A stretch of 64,000 bases of DNA, taken from Chrysomallon squamiferum. Its lineage: Eukaryota; Animalia; Mollusca. Each line of letters starts with the position of its first letter. Position 1 is the first letter of the stretch. The DNA lies in NCBI GenBank assembly GCA_012295275.1, contig CM022676.1, positions 496,001-560,000 of the forward strand, written 5' to 3'. A program made the translations under genes and the position numbers. The notes below the pieces were generated by a model. The model had not been told where the DNA came from. It did no database searches and saw only the letters and a program-made list of their open reading frames with translations. Of the stretch, positions 1 to 13,500 are shown in pieces.

Positions 1-413
1 TAGAGCTACACATATGACAGCTAGGAGTGAAATCAACCCGGTTAGAATGTATTGTGATTTCGACGCAGAAAGTTTCACGTAATCTGCACCTCTTAAAATG
101 AAATTACATGTTGATCCCATACTCAGTGATCCGTCCGCACACTTCCAAAGTCCCGCGTCAGCTTCTGGTGTGAAATTCACAATAACCAGTGTGATTAATG
201 TTGGCAAATCAATGATGACTTGGTAGCCTTGTCTAAAGACTTGACACTTTGAATTGTTAGAATTGCATTGCGCAACTTGCAGTGTTTCATTAGGATGCCA
301 AAATCCGATGCCGTAAATTATTTGGCCGCTTATCTTACAGATAAGTTTTGTCTTTATTCTACTCATACTTCCACGTAGACAGACAACTTCAGTTCTCGCT
401 GCTTTTATGTCAT
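1..413 (-). CDS. Gene A exon: V-type-like Ig domain (6 Cys) followed by hydrophobic tail
   Basis: aatacag|AT acceptor at 413; open frame to window edge; C...W...DxGxWxC Ig pattern. Not in the ORF track. Confidence 0.8.
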
Positions 414-521
414 CTGTATTCAAAAAGAGCAAAACAAAACAGTAATAAAAATACAAGTATAATAATGATTATAATGTGATGATGACGATGATAAAACATA
501 ATAATAATAATAATAATAAAA

Positions 522-585
<64 letters not shown>

Positions 586-1278
586 GTAATAGATAAACAT
601 ATCAACGAAATAAACAAAAGACAATGATGAAACAATAATAACAACACCAAGAACAGTAATAATATCAATGATAAAAGTATGTTATTATGAATTAAACAAA
701 ACATAGAAATCAGAGTAAGTGAGCAAGTAATTGTTACAAAGATGATGAAAATCGAGTATTCCAGAGAACTCGAAACATAAACATGTATGGCTTTGATAAG
801 AGGATTCTCCTGTTAACATTACAGCCTGTTACGTCTAAAGTGAGTCTGTTTCAGTATGAAAATGTACATAATCATTCCTGAAACGTAAGACTTAATGTTG
901 CGTTAGATTTCAATGAACAAAAAGTAAAGTATTTATTATTTCTTTCACCAATGTACATTCATATATATAATGATTAGTACTAGTCCACGATCTTTAATAT
1001 GCGCTCAGAATTATCCATGATTATTTGATTTAGTTTAAAAGTATACGTAAACTCAAGGATTATCACAAAAACCTTACAAAACTACACATTCAAATATTCA
1101 TTCATACCTGTGTGTGTGCAGAGAGTTCATAAATAAATTGAACAAACAGCAATAATCCACCCGCAACACAAAGATTGCAGAATACTGGACACTACTAATC
1201 GTGTCACTAATTCAGTACAACAACAACAACAACATCTAGAAGAATAATAACAACATGGACAACACCAATAACATCTAC

Positions 1279-1344
<66 letters not shown>

Positions 1345-3111
1345 AAGAAGAAGAAGAAGAAGAAGGAGGAGGAGAAGAAGAATTGTAAAATGGAGAAAAA
1401 GTCGAGATTTCAACGTACATACTCTGATTTATCAACTTGTAACTATTGCTGTATAAACCATTTTCAACATTTGTACACTTCCACTTGCTAAAATCAACAT
1501 AGCTGATATTCAGCTTCAGTTCATACTTTTTAACATAGGAATCACTTCCTCGTCCTGCTTCTGTACAGACTGGTAAGTAAGCTCTGTTTGGTTTTCCAAA
1601 TGTTATACATCTGTTACCAGTCTGCACTAGAAAGGCTTTTTCAGTATTGTCTTTTTGAAAGGCAATACGGCCTTTATAGTTAGCAGCATCGAATGCAATA
1701 CATGTAAACACATACGGTTCACCCTCTAATGCTGCCGTCTTTGACCCGTAGAATAATAATTTTGCACCTGTACAAATGAAAGTAAATACTACTGTTAGGT
1801 GATTTACATGAAGACAAATGAATAAACAGCGCTAGTTTGGACGAGATGTTGGTAAAAAAAATATTATTCTTTCTTAGTGATGTGGATTTTTTATTTCTGT
1901 TGTTGTTATCATTACCTTTACCATTATTATTATCATTTTTTTTTTTTTTTTTTTTTTTTATATGTTATAACTATTTTTTTTTAATTATCATTTTTTCTTC
2001 TCGGCTCTTATATGATAACATATAGGTTGTTTATGTCTGATATAGAGCAACTGCGGTATTCAAAAAGAAAAAGACTGCTATTATAGGAAACGTTTTAACA
2101 CACACACATTAACACACAAACACATAAATGGAACGATTTATGCAGCAAGCTAGGGATTGGAGCTTCTGTTTTAGTGAATACAAATTTAAGATATAGAATA
2201 AACAATGGAAATTAAACCAAGAAAATAACACATCATAAGTTTATTTAAAAGATGCAGGTATACATATATAACTTAAAATTCTAACAGTACCACTTACAAT
2301 ATGTCAGATGAAAATTAAATGAACATAATTTTAACAATTACTCAGTATTTTGTGAATATAATTTATTTTAACTTTAATGTAGTTTTTATGTTATTTTTCG
2401 GAGAAACGTATCTGTAGTTAGTTTAACTCGTAAAACGTTTCCTACAGCTAGTTTAACTGGTAAAGCGTTTCCTATAGCTAGTTTAACTAGTAAAGCTTTT
2501 CCTATAGCTAGTTTAACTAGTAAAGCGTTTCCTATAGCTAGTTTAACTAGTAAAGCTTTTCCTATAACTAGTTTAACTAGTAAAGCGTTTCCTATAGCTA
2601 GTTTAACTCGTAAAACTTTTCCTATAGCTAGTTTAACTCGTAAAGCTTTTCCTATAGCTAGTTTAACTCGTAAAGCTTTTCCTATAACTAGTTTAACTAG
2701 TAAAGCGTTTCCTATAGCTAGTTTAACTAGTAAAGCGTTTCCTATAACTAGTTTAACTAGTAAAGCGTTTCCTATAACTAGTTTAACTAGTAAAGCGTTT
2801 CCTATAGCTAGTTTAACTAGTAAAGCGTTTCCTATAGCTAGTTTAACTAGTAAAGCGTTTCCTATAACTAGTTTAACTAGTAAAGCGTTTCCTATAGCTA
2901 GTTTAACTAGTAAAGCGTTTCCTATAGCTAGTTTAACTAGTAAAGCGTTTCCCATAGCTAGTTTAACACGTAAAGCGTTTCCTATAACTAGTTTAACTAG
3001 TAAAGCGTTTCCTATAGCTAGTACACAGTTTTGAATGATGCGGAAAATCAATCGCATGGAGGAAGACAAATCGAAACATGCTGATTAATCCTGATCATTG
3101 ATTGGCTGGTA

Positions 3112-3180
<69 letters not shown>

Positions 3181-3256
3181 ATAAAAAAGACTAACCGAAG
3201 CAAACTTCAACAAAGAGCAGAAGCGTCATTCTAAATAATTTCCCATCAATCGGCAT
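1..3256 (-). CDS. Gene A: IgSF protein with signal peptide, Ig domains and hydrophobic C-terminal tail (3' end outside window)
   Basis: Phase-1 GT-AG exons: 3256-3196 (MPIDGKLFRMTLLLFVEVCFG, signal-like), 1767-1423 (345 nt; ...YVFTC...FSKWKC... Ig-like), 1206-1108 (99 nt, hydrophobic, in-frame TGA at 1129-1127), 413-<1 (...KLICKISGQIIYGIGFWHP...DAGLWKCADG...YILTGLISLLAVICVAL). Confidence 0.75.
1423..1767 (-). CDS. Gene A exon: Ig-like domain
   Basis: tgtacag|GT ... CAG A|gtatgt, 115 codons, B-strand Cys (VFTC) and F-strand DFSKWKC. Confidence 0.75.
2410..3022. repeat. 30-bp minisatellite, about 20 copies, in gene A intron 1
   Basis: Unit cctatagctagtttaactagtaaagcgttt repeated with few variants. 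Confidence 0.95.
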
Positions 3257-5579
3257 CTTGTTGATCTTAGGTTTTGATGCAGATTCTCAAATAAGAAATA
3301 AATAAAACTAGAAGAAAATAAATATAATTAAAATGAAAATGGTTCGGAAACCAATCTAATGATAATGATAATAATAATAATAATAATAATGATGATGATG
3401 ATGATGATGATGATGATATAGTATAACGTATAATTAAAAAGATAATTAAAGTAATAAATTAAAGGATACGACGTCGTTGCTGTTAAATAGAGCTGATTAT
3501 GTGGGTTCCCAAAACTAAATAAAACTGATGTCTATATGAGTGTACCCTCTCGTCTCCTCATTCATGTACAATGACTGACACTGTTTTTCATGATCTACAT
3601 CTTTTCAGTCTGTTTAATTTGGTATATTATATATATTTATTTATTTATTCAGTGTCAATGTACTTTGCAGATGTGTTAAAAGAAATGATATATAATGAAA
3701 TAAAATTTGTCGGAAACAACCCGCTTCATAATGGGCTCTAAAAATCGAGATTTAAAAAAAAGAAGGTAATTGTTATATATTAAAAGAGTCGTTACTATGG
3801 AACTGTTTAATTAACAAATCTGATTTTTTGTTTTTTGTTTTTGTCACAAAATCAGGATAAAAAGATCTACAGTAATAGATAGTCAATACTTAATACATAA
3901 TCTGCCCCTATTAAATAGTACAGGACGTTTATTTTAATAAGTTTAAAGAAATTGAAGATATAATTATGTTTAAAACAAGATCAACGAAACCTACCTAAAA
4001 ATATCTTTCTTTCTTTGTTGATTGAAAATGTTGTCCTTTCCTACATAAATCGATCGGGCCGGAAGCGAAACATGATGTAGAGGCGGGCAGTGGACTAATC
4101 AAAGCAGAACAGGCTATGCACGTGCACTGAGGTAACGACAAAGACTCATACACATTAGAACGTGTACCAGGATACTGCGAAAAACTCGATACCGAATTGC
4201 TAACCAGTTAAATCGAGGTAAAGATTCCACGATTACCTACCTTTGGTTTTCATTTCCTATTTCAGATTTAATGAATCCACTGTGTATACAAGTATAATTA
4301 ATTGTTGAAAAAAATGACGCAGACGTCTACCGACTTAGATATGTAGTTGCGGTTTTCGTTAATGTTTTTGATATCACATACTATATCTGAGTTGGAAATA
4401 AAGTTTGATATATATTTTAATTTTTAACATTATCGTAACCACCGCTAAACTACCCAGAACTGCAAGAAGCCAAGTTCCTAGTAGGCTTTTTCATTACGTC
4501 ACGATCCTACGTCATCAAAACAGCAATACTGATGGTCACAACTGACTGGGATTTATAAGTACACACAAAATAATCAAATCTGATTTATTCGTTATAAATC
4601 GACTATATGGAATTTTGGGCTGCAGCGGTGACGTTTCATTTGAGTTTCTGTTTCTGTTTGAAACAACACTGATAAATCATATTGTATATTTATTGTTGTT
4701 TATATATTAATGACATTTGGGGATTAATTCTCCAGTCGTGCATGGTAATAATTATAAAGACAAAGTTTAGTTATCAGCTGCAACCAACATTTAACACTTT
4801 TCAGTGTGAAAAGCCTGTAACAGACTGGACATTGTGGACAACGGTAATCTTCAACTGTCACACACTTCGTTTGGACAGAATATGCATCTTACTGAATAAA
4901 TATAAATATTCATTTTTAATTTTCTCTATGGGTTATTGAGAATGGTTTTACTAGTGTAGATGAAGGTGCTGTACAATTTATTTCCTAAATACATCTTAAT
5001 TTCAATTGGTTTTATTTCAAAATAAAGTAAATCTATTTACAATTATTACAAAACAATTTCTAATAACGAACACTGATAAAAATAAAATATGTTTTTTCTT
5101 CATCGGATGTCAAAAAATTGGAGTTAGGGGTCCAAGAGTTTGAGTACTGCTGACTATTGCTGTACTGTGATCAATCAGTACACATACGGATGAAATCATA
5201 TTTTGTTTTAATCTCTGTGAAATTTTGTTTATATGCTTGTGCATCTGTTCAAATACTTTTCAGATCACAATATCAAGTAGTTTAATATCATAAATATGCC
5301 ATGGTGAAATAATGAAATATAAAGTTGTTTCCTTTATGTCATCAAAGTTAATGCTTGAAGCAGTTAATAACTGGTTTAAAGAGAAAGCAAAGGTACAGAT
5401 AGCAAACTATCCATACCTTATATAACATCAGATATTTTCTTCAAACACGATATTTGATATTTTGGTAATAATTTTAATTTACTGCTTCCTCAAGAGACTT
5501 GTCAGTAAGTCTACCACTCTGGGCAGTTACCTGGATCCCATGGATCTAAGTGCTGCTTTCCCTGTGGGTCTTAATATTC

Positions 5580-6018
5580 TTAAGATGCTGTCCCTGATAG
5601 TGCAAACAAATACAATTTGTGCACATAAGTGTACAAACTCTGATCTAAAACATTTCAAAATTCAGTCACTAGTTATGTATGGAATCAACTAACTGCATCT
5701 TTTTCATCGCTTATTTTTTATATTATTATTATTATTAGTAGCAGTATTATTTATTTTTTATATTTATATATATATATATATATATTTCTTTTTTGATGAT
5801 GAATTTCAAATACTTAATAAAGATATTTTTCTATTAAAAAAATCCAACATTAAATCAAAATTTAGCAATTTAGTTTTCTCCAAAACAGCAATTGGATATC
5901 TTTTTAACAATTTAATGAGAATAATTATATTTTAAGGCTAATTTATTTAAAAAATCATAAACTGAAGTTTTCAAATTTAGAAATATTTAACAGTATACAC
6001 TAGACACCACTGATAACA

Positions 6019-6053
<35 letters not shown>

Positions 6054-6527
6054 ATTATAATACTATAAAAAATAAAAAATAAAAAATAAAATCAAGATTT
6101 TAGAAAATTGCTGAGACTTCATACTTAACTAAAAGTTAATTTATTGTCATTGTTAATTTGTATGTAAATTTATACAGTTCAATAAATCACAGCTTTATGT
6201 ATGATAAAAAATGAAACAGAAAACTGATTCTTCAGGCTTTTTTATTTATTTTCTCTGTTTGTTGTTCTGAGGTACACGTTTTGTAGGATTTTGCAGAGAG
6301 ATCCATCCGTATTATATTAATGAAGAACTATAATTGTCAATTCATTTTACTTTTAAGTTATGTATAGAAGTTTGGGTTTTAAAAGCAAATTTTGATTCAC
6401 TTCATGAATAAAATGTCAGTCACTTGTTAGTGATGAATATTTATCAGGAGAACCTAAAACAAATAAATAAATAAGTTAATACATATATCAAATTTATTTC
6501 TCACACACATTAGACTCATCTATATAT

Positions 6528-6567
<40 letters not shown>

Positions 6568-7528
6568 CCATACAATATAAAAGGAATAAATACATGAAAT
6601 TCAAAGACAAAAATATTCCCCTCAGTTACATGATACCTACTTGATCAGTATTGAGAAAAAGTCCTTCTGAATAACTTTTAGCTTTTACACATGATAATTA
6701 TCATCATTATAATTGTAATTATTTATTATTATCAATTACTGTTATTATTATATTATATTATTTATTAATATTTACTGTTATTGTTAAAAATCATTTTAAT
6801 TATATATATAATTAAAATGCTTTTATATATATAAAATTTATTTTCACACACACACACAGCCTCTGTCAATCTCAGAATTATGACTGATATTTTCAAGTGA
6901 TAAACTCAGTATTAAAATATCTGCTTGTCAGAAAGTTAGCTATCACAAAGTTTAATACTGTTTAATCTCACCTGTGATAACTTCTTGTACATCATTCTGA
7001 CTTGTACCTGTTTTCTCATGATCACTCTCTGCACTGAGATCTGAACAACAAACACAGTGTTCTCATTATGTACATCTCTTTTCTTCAGTAAACCTTCATT
7101 TTATATTTTATCTAAGTACCTACATTATTTATTTCTAACACACACACCACGTAAAACTAAAAACAAATATGGATAGCTAAAAAGACAAAATAACATACCA
7201 GAGAGAGAAACACAATATTCATGTAACATGAACAAGCACATACAGAAACACACACAGAAATTCAGACACACACAAACCTTGATTGGGCATTTGTTCACTT
7301 GAACCCAGTTCAGGACCTGGAAAAAAAAAAAAATAATAATAAAAATAATTTATATGTGTAATTGAAAGAAATAATGAAATAATTTGTTTTTTTAATAATA
7401 TTTTGTTTTAGGAATTTTTTATTTTTGTTTTTATTTTTTTTAATCTATAAAAGTTGTATTTGCAATTTTATATTACATTTTTCATGCTGAAGTGTTTTGA
7501 TTACTGTTACATTGTCTAGAGAGAGACT

Positions 7529-7563
<35 letters not shown>

Positions 7564-10500
7564 ACAGAAACAAAGGCACAGACTAATTTACACATATACA
7601 CACACACCAGCACTTATTTCTGTATTGGGTTAGAAGAAAAGTTTTTGATTTAGCTTTGAAATAATTATAACACACACACACAGACAGACTCACACTTTGA
7701 TAGATAGATATACATGTTATCTTAAAAAAAACCTAAAAAAAAAAACTCTTTGGATTCCAATTAAACAAGCTATAAACCTTTGCTGCAATCCAGCACATGT
7801 ACGCACACACACACTAATACAATAATTATAAACACCTTGTGCTAATGAGTTTTCACTACTACCAGCTTTTGTGGCTTGACTAGCAGCTGTTTCTTCACGA
7901 GCAGAGAAAAGTCTGGACACGAAGTCTGACACGATAGGCATAGTCTGTGCCACTGAAGAAAACGTCCATGTTGGTTTTTCTGTCTCCTCTGCTGTGTCAC
8001 TCACTGCAGTGGCTGGTGCTGTCTGTTCTAATGTTTTTTCAGTAGTTTCATCTGTTTTGCTAACAGTGGACTCACTTGTCTCTTTGATTTGGTCAAAGTA
8101 AGTAGGAGTGCTAATGGATTCACGTTTTTGTGTTGTTTGTTTAGACTCACTGATTGATCCACGTTTTTGTGTTGTTTGTTTAGACTCACTGATTGATCCA
8201 CGTTTTTGTGTTGTTTGTTTAGTCTCACTGATTGATCCACGTTTTTGTGTTATTTGTTTAGTCTCACTGATTGATCCACGTTTTTCTGTTGTTGTTTTTG
8301 ATTCACTGACTGATTCAGGTTTCTCTTCAGATTTATCTGGTTCAGTAGCAGTAGTGTCTGAAACAGGACTTGTACTTTGTTTTTCTGGTGTGGAATCAGA
8401 GACTCTTGAAGGGAGTTTTTCAGAATCAGATCCTTGTTCCAGTGCTGTTTTCTCACCTGATCAGCAACAGGAAAATTCAGCAAATCAAAATAAAGCAAAC
8501 CATGGACTCTTGTTATTTGTTTTATTTAAAATGTCTACAAGCTGTGGATTTATATTTAGTTGTTTAGATTCTACTCTTTATTTATTTATGTTCAAATATT
8601 CAAAACCATGGAGATACTTTGTTTATATTTAAAAATGTCTACAAACCATGGCCACACTTTATTTATGCAGCGGAACCTTGGGTTACGAACTTAATTCTTT
8701 CCAGAAATCGGTTTGTAAACCAAATTGTACATAAACCGAAGTGATGTCATCACACGAACGCCACTCTCATGTTTTGCAATTATTTCTTACTTGATCTCTA
8801 CTGGGATATGTTTATACTTTCCACAAGCAATGTCGCTTTCACTTTTTGTTTTATTGGGCATCATACTGGATAGATTATAATAAAAGATATACACATAAAA
8901 GCAGCAACACTTTAAAAAATGCAAGTGCACAATCTCAGTGCAAAAGCTATTGAGCTGCAACTGCATATTGAAGACTAAAGGCCCTAATTCATGATATATA
9001 TTTGTTACAGGGCAAGCCTATAATCCTAACTTTAACCTCTGCTTTGATGTTGATGTCAAAAGAAAGCTTGTAGTGGGGTGGTGCTGTAGTTTTTTAACAT
9101 GGGACATTATTCTAAACCAAGACAAAAATTACCCAAGATCATGTTTCCTAATCCAATTTGTTTGTGCTTTGAGGCATTCATAACTCAAGGTTCCACTATA
9201 TTTAAAGTGTCTATAAACTGTTAACATAATTTACTTTTGTTTAAAATGGTTACAAACCATGGACACTTTATTTCTGTTTTAAATATCTATAAACATTGGA
9301 TATTCTTAATTTATTTAGATATAAATCTTCTAAAAACCATAGAAACTGTTTATATTTAAAATGTCAACAAACATGTATGTGTGTATTTATATGAAAATTT
9401 ATGAGTATGAATGTTGTGTGTTTTGAAGCACATGCATGCTTTTGAATGGATATATAGATTCTGCCACCATTATACAAGTAACAGAGGTCTTATTTTTATA
9501 GTGTGTACAACTAGAACAAGCAGAAGTGGAACAATAGTTATAGTGAAGTAAATACAGTTATGATGTTTATATTATCTGCACTGTAGAAGTACTAGTTGAA
9601 GCAGCAGTATTGATAATAGTGGTTTTGGTAGTAGTAATAATAATAAATAGAAGTAGTAGTTGAGATTGTTGCAATGTAGTAATAGTAAAAAGGTAATAAT
9701 AGTCACAAAAAATGTACATATGTACATATGTATGTTTCTATATATGTATATGATGTATATATGTATGTAGGTATGTATGGATGCATGTAAACTATCAGTT
9801 AAAAACAGTTTTACTTAGAGAGTATGCAGGATTGTCAATCTGTGACACAACATCAGCATCTTCACTGCAATAAAATTATAAATAATTAGCATGACCACAA
9901 CATACTGATCATCATCACATCACACACTGAAACACTTTGAAGTTAAGTAAACAAGAAATATTGTTAAAATAAAGAAAATAATAAGTGAACATTACTAGTG
10001 GGATCTGGATCCATGTCCTCCACTCAGAAAACATTTTAAAATAACAATCAATTAATTTGGTGCATTTTCTTTTATTTATAACCGAAATAAATCAGCAATA
10101 AGACATGTTTTACACACACACACACACACATACACACACACACATAAAAACTGCACAAAAAACAACACAGTAATATCTGTCAGTTGTAGAGTCTGTGTAC
10201 TTTTGTTCGTTTGATGGAAATGAAACTTTTGAAATAAGTGATCTCTTTATTAACCATTTTTCTACAATGTTTATTTCCTTATTTATTTATTTATTTATTT
10301 ATTACTGCTTGTTTTTTCTCTGGACAATGTTTGTTGAATGATGCTGCTCATTGCAACTAATTCCATTTATACTTTTTTCTTTACTAACTTACTTTACTTC
10401 AGTCTTCTCACCTCACAAATGTAGTTATTTTTCAGGACAACAAGATTTACCTGATATACAGAGACAGGCTCATTTTGTGTAGTAACCTGTACAATAGGTC

Positions 10501-13500
10501 TGACACACATCATGTGTCAGGAATAGAGAACACGCAGACCTCCACCCCTTATCATTTTTACTACTTACTCATAATATTCATAGAAATTACTCAAACAAAA
10601 TTTTCAGTGATCCATATTGAAAAATTATGTTATCTGCATATACATTGAAAATTATTCTCACATAGGTTTGTATCATAGATATGGAAACATATACACACAT
10701 AAAGATGCACAGACACATATACATGTAAATTAAATGTGTATCTCTTACTTTTCATCACATATCCCCTGTTCATCTTCCTCTTCCTCCTGTTTTTCCTCTG
10801 AGAAACAAATTATCATTACAATCATAATAACAATGTCATGAATAACAACAACAATAAGTACAGCATTACAGGAGTAGTTATAGTTATAATAATTGTAACA
10901 ACAACACATTAATAATAATAATCACAGTTGTAGTATTATTATTATTAGTAGTAGTAGTAATAGTAGTAATAACAATAATATTTAAAAATAATAACAATAA
11001 AAAATATATATTAAATAATAATCTGAACAAAACACACAAAGAAAACTAAACCCAAACGAAGCCAAAAAAAAAAAAAAAAAAAAAAAATTAATATATATAT
11101 ATATCTTATTACTAACCTTGCACATATCTTTTTCTTCTTCTCGGTCTTCTTCCACAGAAATTGTAAGCCAGGAAAACCACTAAGACAATAATAGTGAAGA
11201 CCAAACCTGCAGCAACTACTGAATCAGTGTCCTTTTGTGATGGATAACTACCTGAAGTTAAAACACTAGATCAGCATTTCTGAAACAACAGAAACAGTCC
11301 TATAAATAAACAAATAACTTATATAAAACAAAAATAATAATAAATAAATAAATAATGAAAAAAAGAAAGAAACAAAGAAATATTCTTGACTGAACTGCTG
11401 TGATGTTAACATATTAAATACATTTAAAGTGTATCACAGAAGTCAAGAGTAACAGTTTATATATAGTTATAAATCTTACATGAAACTGATATTTTACACA
11501 AATAAATTAATATAACTGTTTATACTTTAGTATTATATTAAAGGCAAAAGTTATTGTGACATGGATTGTTTGGAATAATTAATTTATGGATGTAAACTGA
11601 GAAAATGCACATGAAACAGCACAATTCAAACAAACAGCTGATCCAGGGGTTGCTTGCTTTGTACAAAAACATGGAATATCCAGTAGAAATCCTGTCCAGT
11701 GTTCACTATAAAAGGCCTGAAATTCAGTTGCAAATCACAGCCACCTTCAAAAGTTGTAAAATACATTAGTGAACTGTCTGATGCAGATTTGGTCATACCT
11801 TATGCCAAATATTGATGCTGACAGCTCCAGCAATGCAGACAACATCTGTGATGAACAGCATGTGACTGGAGATGTGTCTTCTCCACAAATCTGACATCAG
11901 GGTATGTATCTAAAAACATGAAGGTTATGTCACACCATGTGATCCAGAATTGGATCGTTTTGGAGGTGGTGGTGTTATCGTGATGTGAAATTACAGTGTC
12001 TAACTAAACTCAGACAGGTGTGACTGAAAGCAACTGCAATGCTGTGATTAACTGATTTTGAAAAGAAGTGTTTTCATTTTTACACAGAATGGCACTGGTA
12101 AGACACTGCACCTTGCCAGTCACTGCTAGAGCTGTGCAGCACTGTTTCAGTCAGAACAATGTGTATGTAATATCCTGGATGCCTGGCTCAATCACCAGTC
12201 AAACAAATCTGGGTGGATTTGTAATTGTCCAACAACCTTGCAGGAACTCAGTGACACAATGATTCCTGGCCTGCATCAATGCTCAAGATGGACACACTGA
12301 CAGCTGACTGTGTGAACTTCACCCTGGAACCTCTAGTGATGTGTCTCATTTGTTTATGTCAGGTGCAAACATTTCATTGACTGTTCCTCATTTCCACACC
12401 TTCTGTCATTTCTCTTTCCCTGCTATAATGCTTCATTCATAGCAATATAAACTTAACATCAATCATTTTTCTGTTGTGTGTCTTAACTTTTGACTTTTAA
12501 TATATCAATATATTGCTTATGAAACCCATCATTGCTGATAACAAAGAAAAAGAATAAAATAAACTGTTACTCAGTACTTCACTGCTGTTACTTTAACCCA
12601 TCCCAACTGGAGAGACAGAAACTGATAGAGACAGAACAAATCAGTGTTTAATGTATAACAGCACCCAGAGATGTTTAATATATTCTTTTTATTATTCTTA
12701 TGTCATTATTAGTTAAGACAGGAGAGAAAAAAAAAAAATAACCACAAAAAAAAAAATAAAAATAAAAATAAAAATAAAAATGAGACAAAAAGAATATATG
12801 GACAAAATAAAAAACAAATCTATTAAAAAGATCAAAAAAAAAAAAAAAAAAATTAAGAACACTTCAAAAACTGGATTTTTTTATTAAAAATGAAGAAAAA
12901 AGAAACAACAAAAACAAAAATGAAACATTTTGATATTGGCTATTTCTTATATAAATGTAAAAATGTCAGTGATAATACTTTATGTTGGTTTTCATGAGAA
13001 GACAGTGGACTGCGATTAAAAAGGGAAATACCTTCTATGAAAAGTATGAAGGAAAAAGAGAGATCAGAGCCAGGAACTCCATTTGAGACAACCACCTGAT
13101 AGACCCCGAGATCATCCTGTTTGACGTCTAACAAAGTGAAATGACCAACGTAAGTGACTCCACTGACCATTCCTTTGCCCACAGACAGTGAGCGTCTCTC
13201 TTTATAAGTCACTTTGTACCATGTGAACTTGGGTTCTGGACTGGCTACAACAGCCAGAATGAAAGTGACATTTGATCCCATCACTGTGGCTATTCTTTTT
13301 TGTAGGCCATATCGGAAATCAATTCTAGGTGCACCTAAAATGTAGCACCACTTCTTTTATAAATTTAATCTCAATGATTGTTACTTGTTACTTTTATTTT
13401 AATATAATTATTGAAAAACACATTAATATATACTCAGATGAACTGTTATTTACATATTAAACTTACATGTAACTAACACTGACAGATGAACTGTTATTTA

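Noticed and set aside
420-704. Poly-I, poly-N, poly-L and RE/SL ORFs here and throughout the track
   Set aside because: Translations of (AAT)n, (AG)n and similar microsatellites.
2386-3069. 227-aa ORF of LLVKLAIGNA repeats
   Set aside because: Product of a 30-bp intronic minisatellite lacking stops in one frame; no splice or protein-family support.
8108-8632. Plus-strand Cys-rich repeat ORF (DPRFCVVCL)
   Set aside because: Antisense shadow of the gene B cytoplasmic exon.
10451-10486. 36-nt GT-AG-bounded segment in gene B
   Set aside because: Frame-neutral and possible as a cassette exon, but not needed for the model and unsupported.
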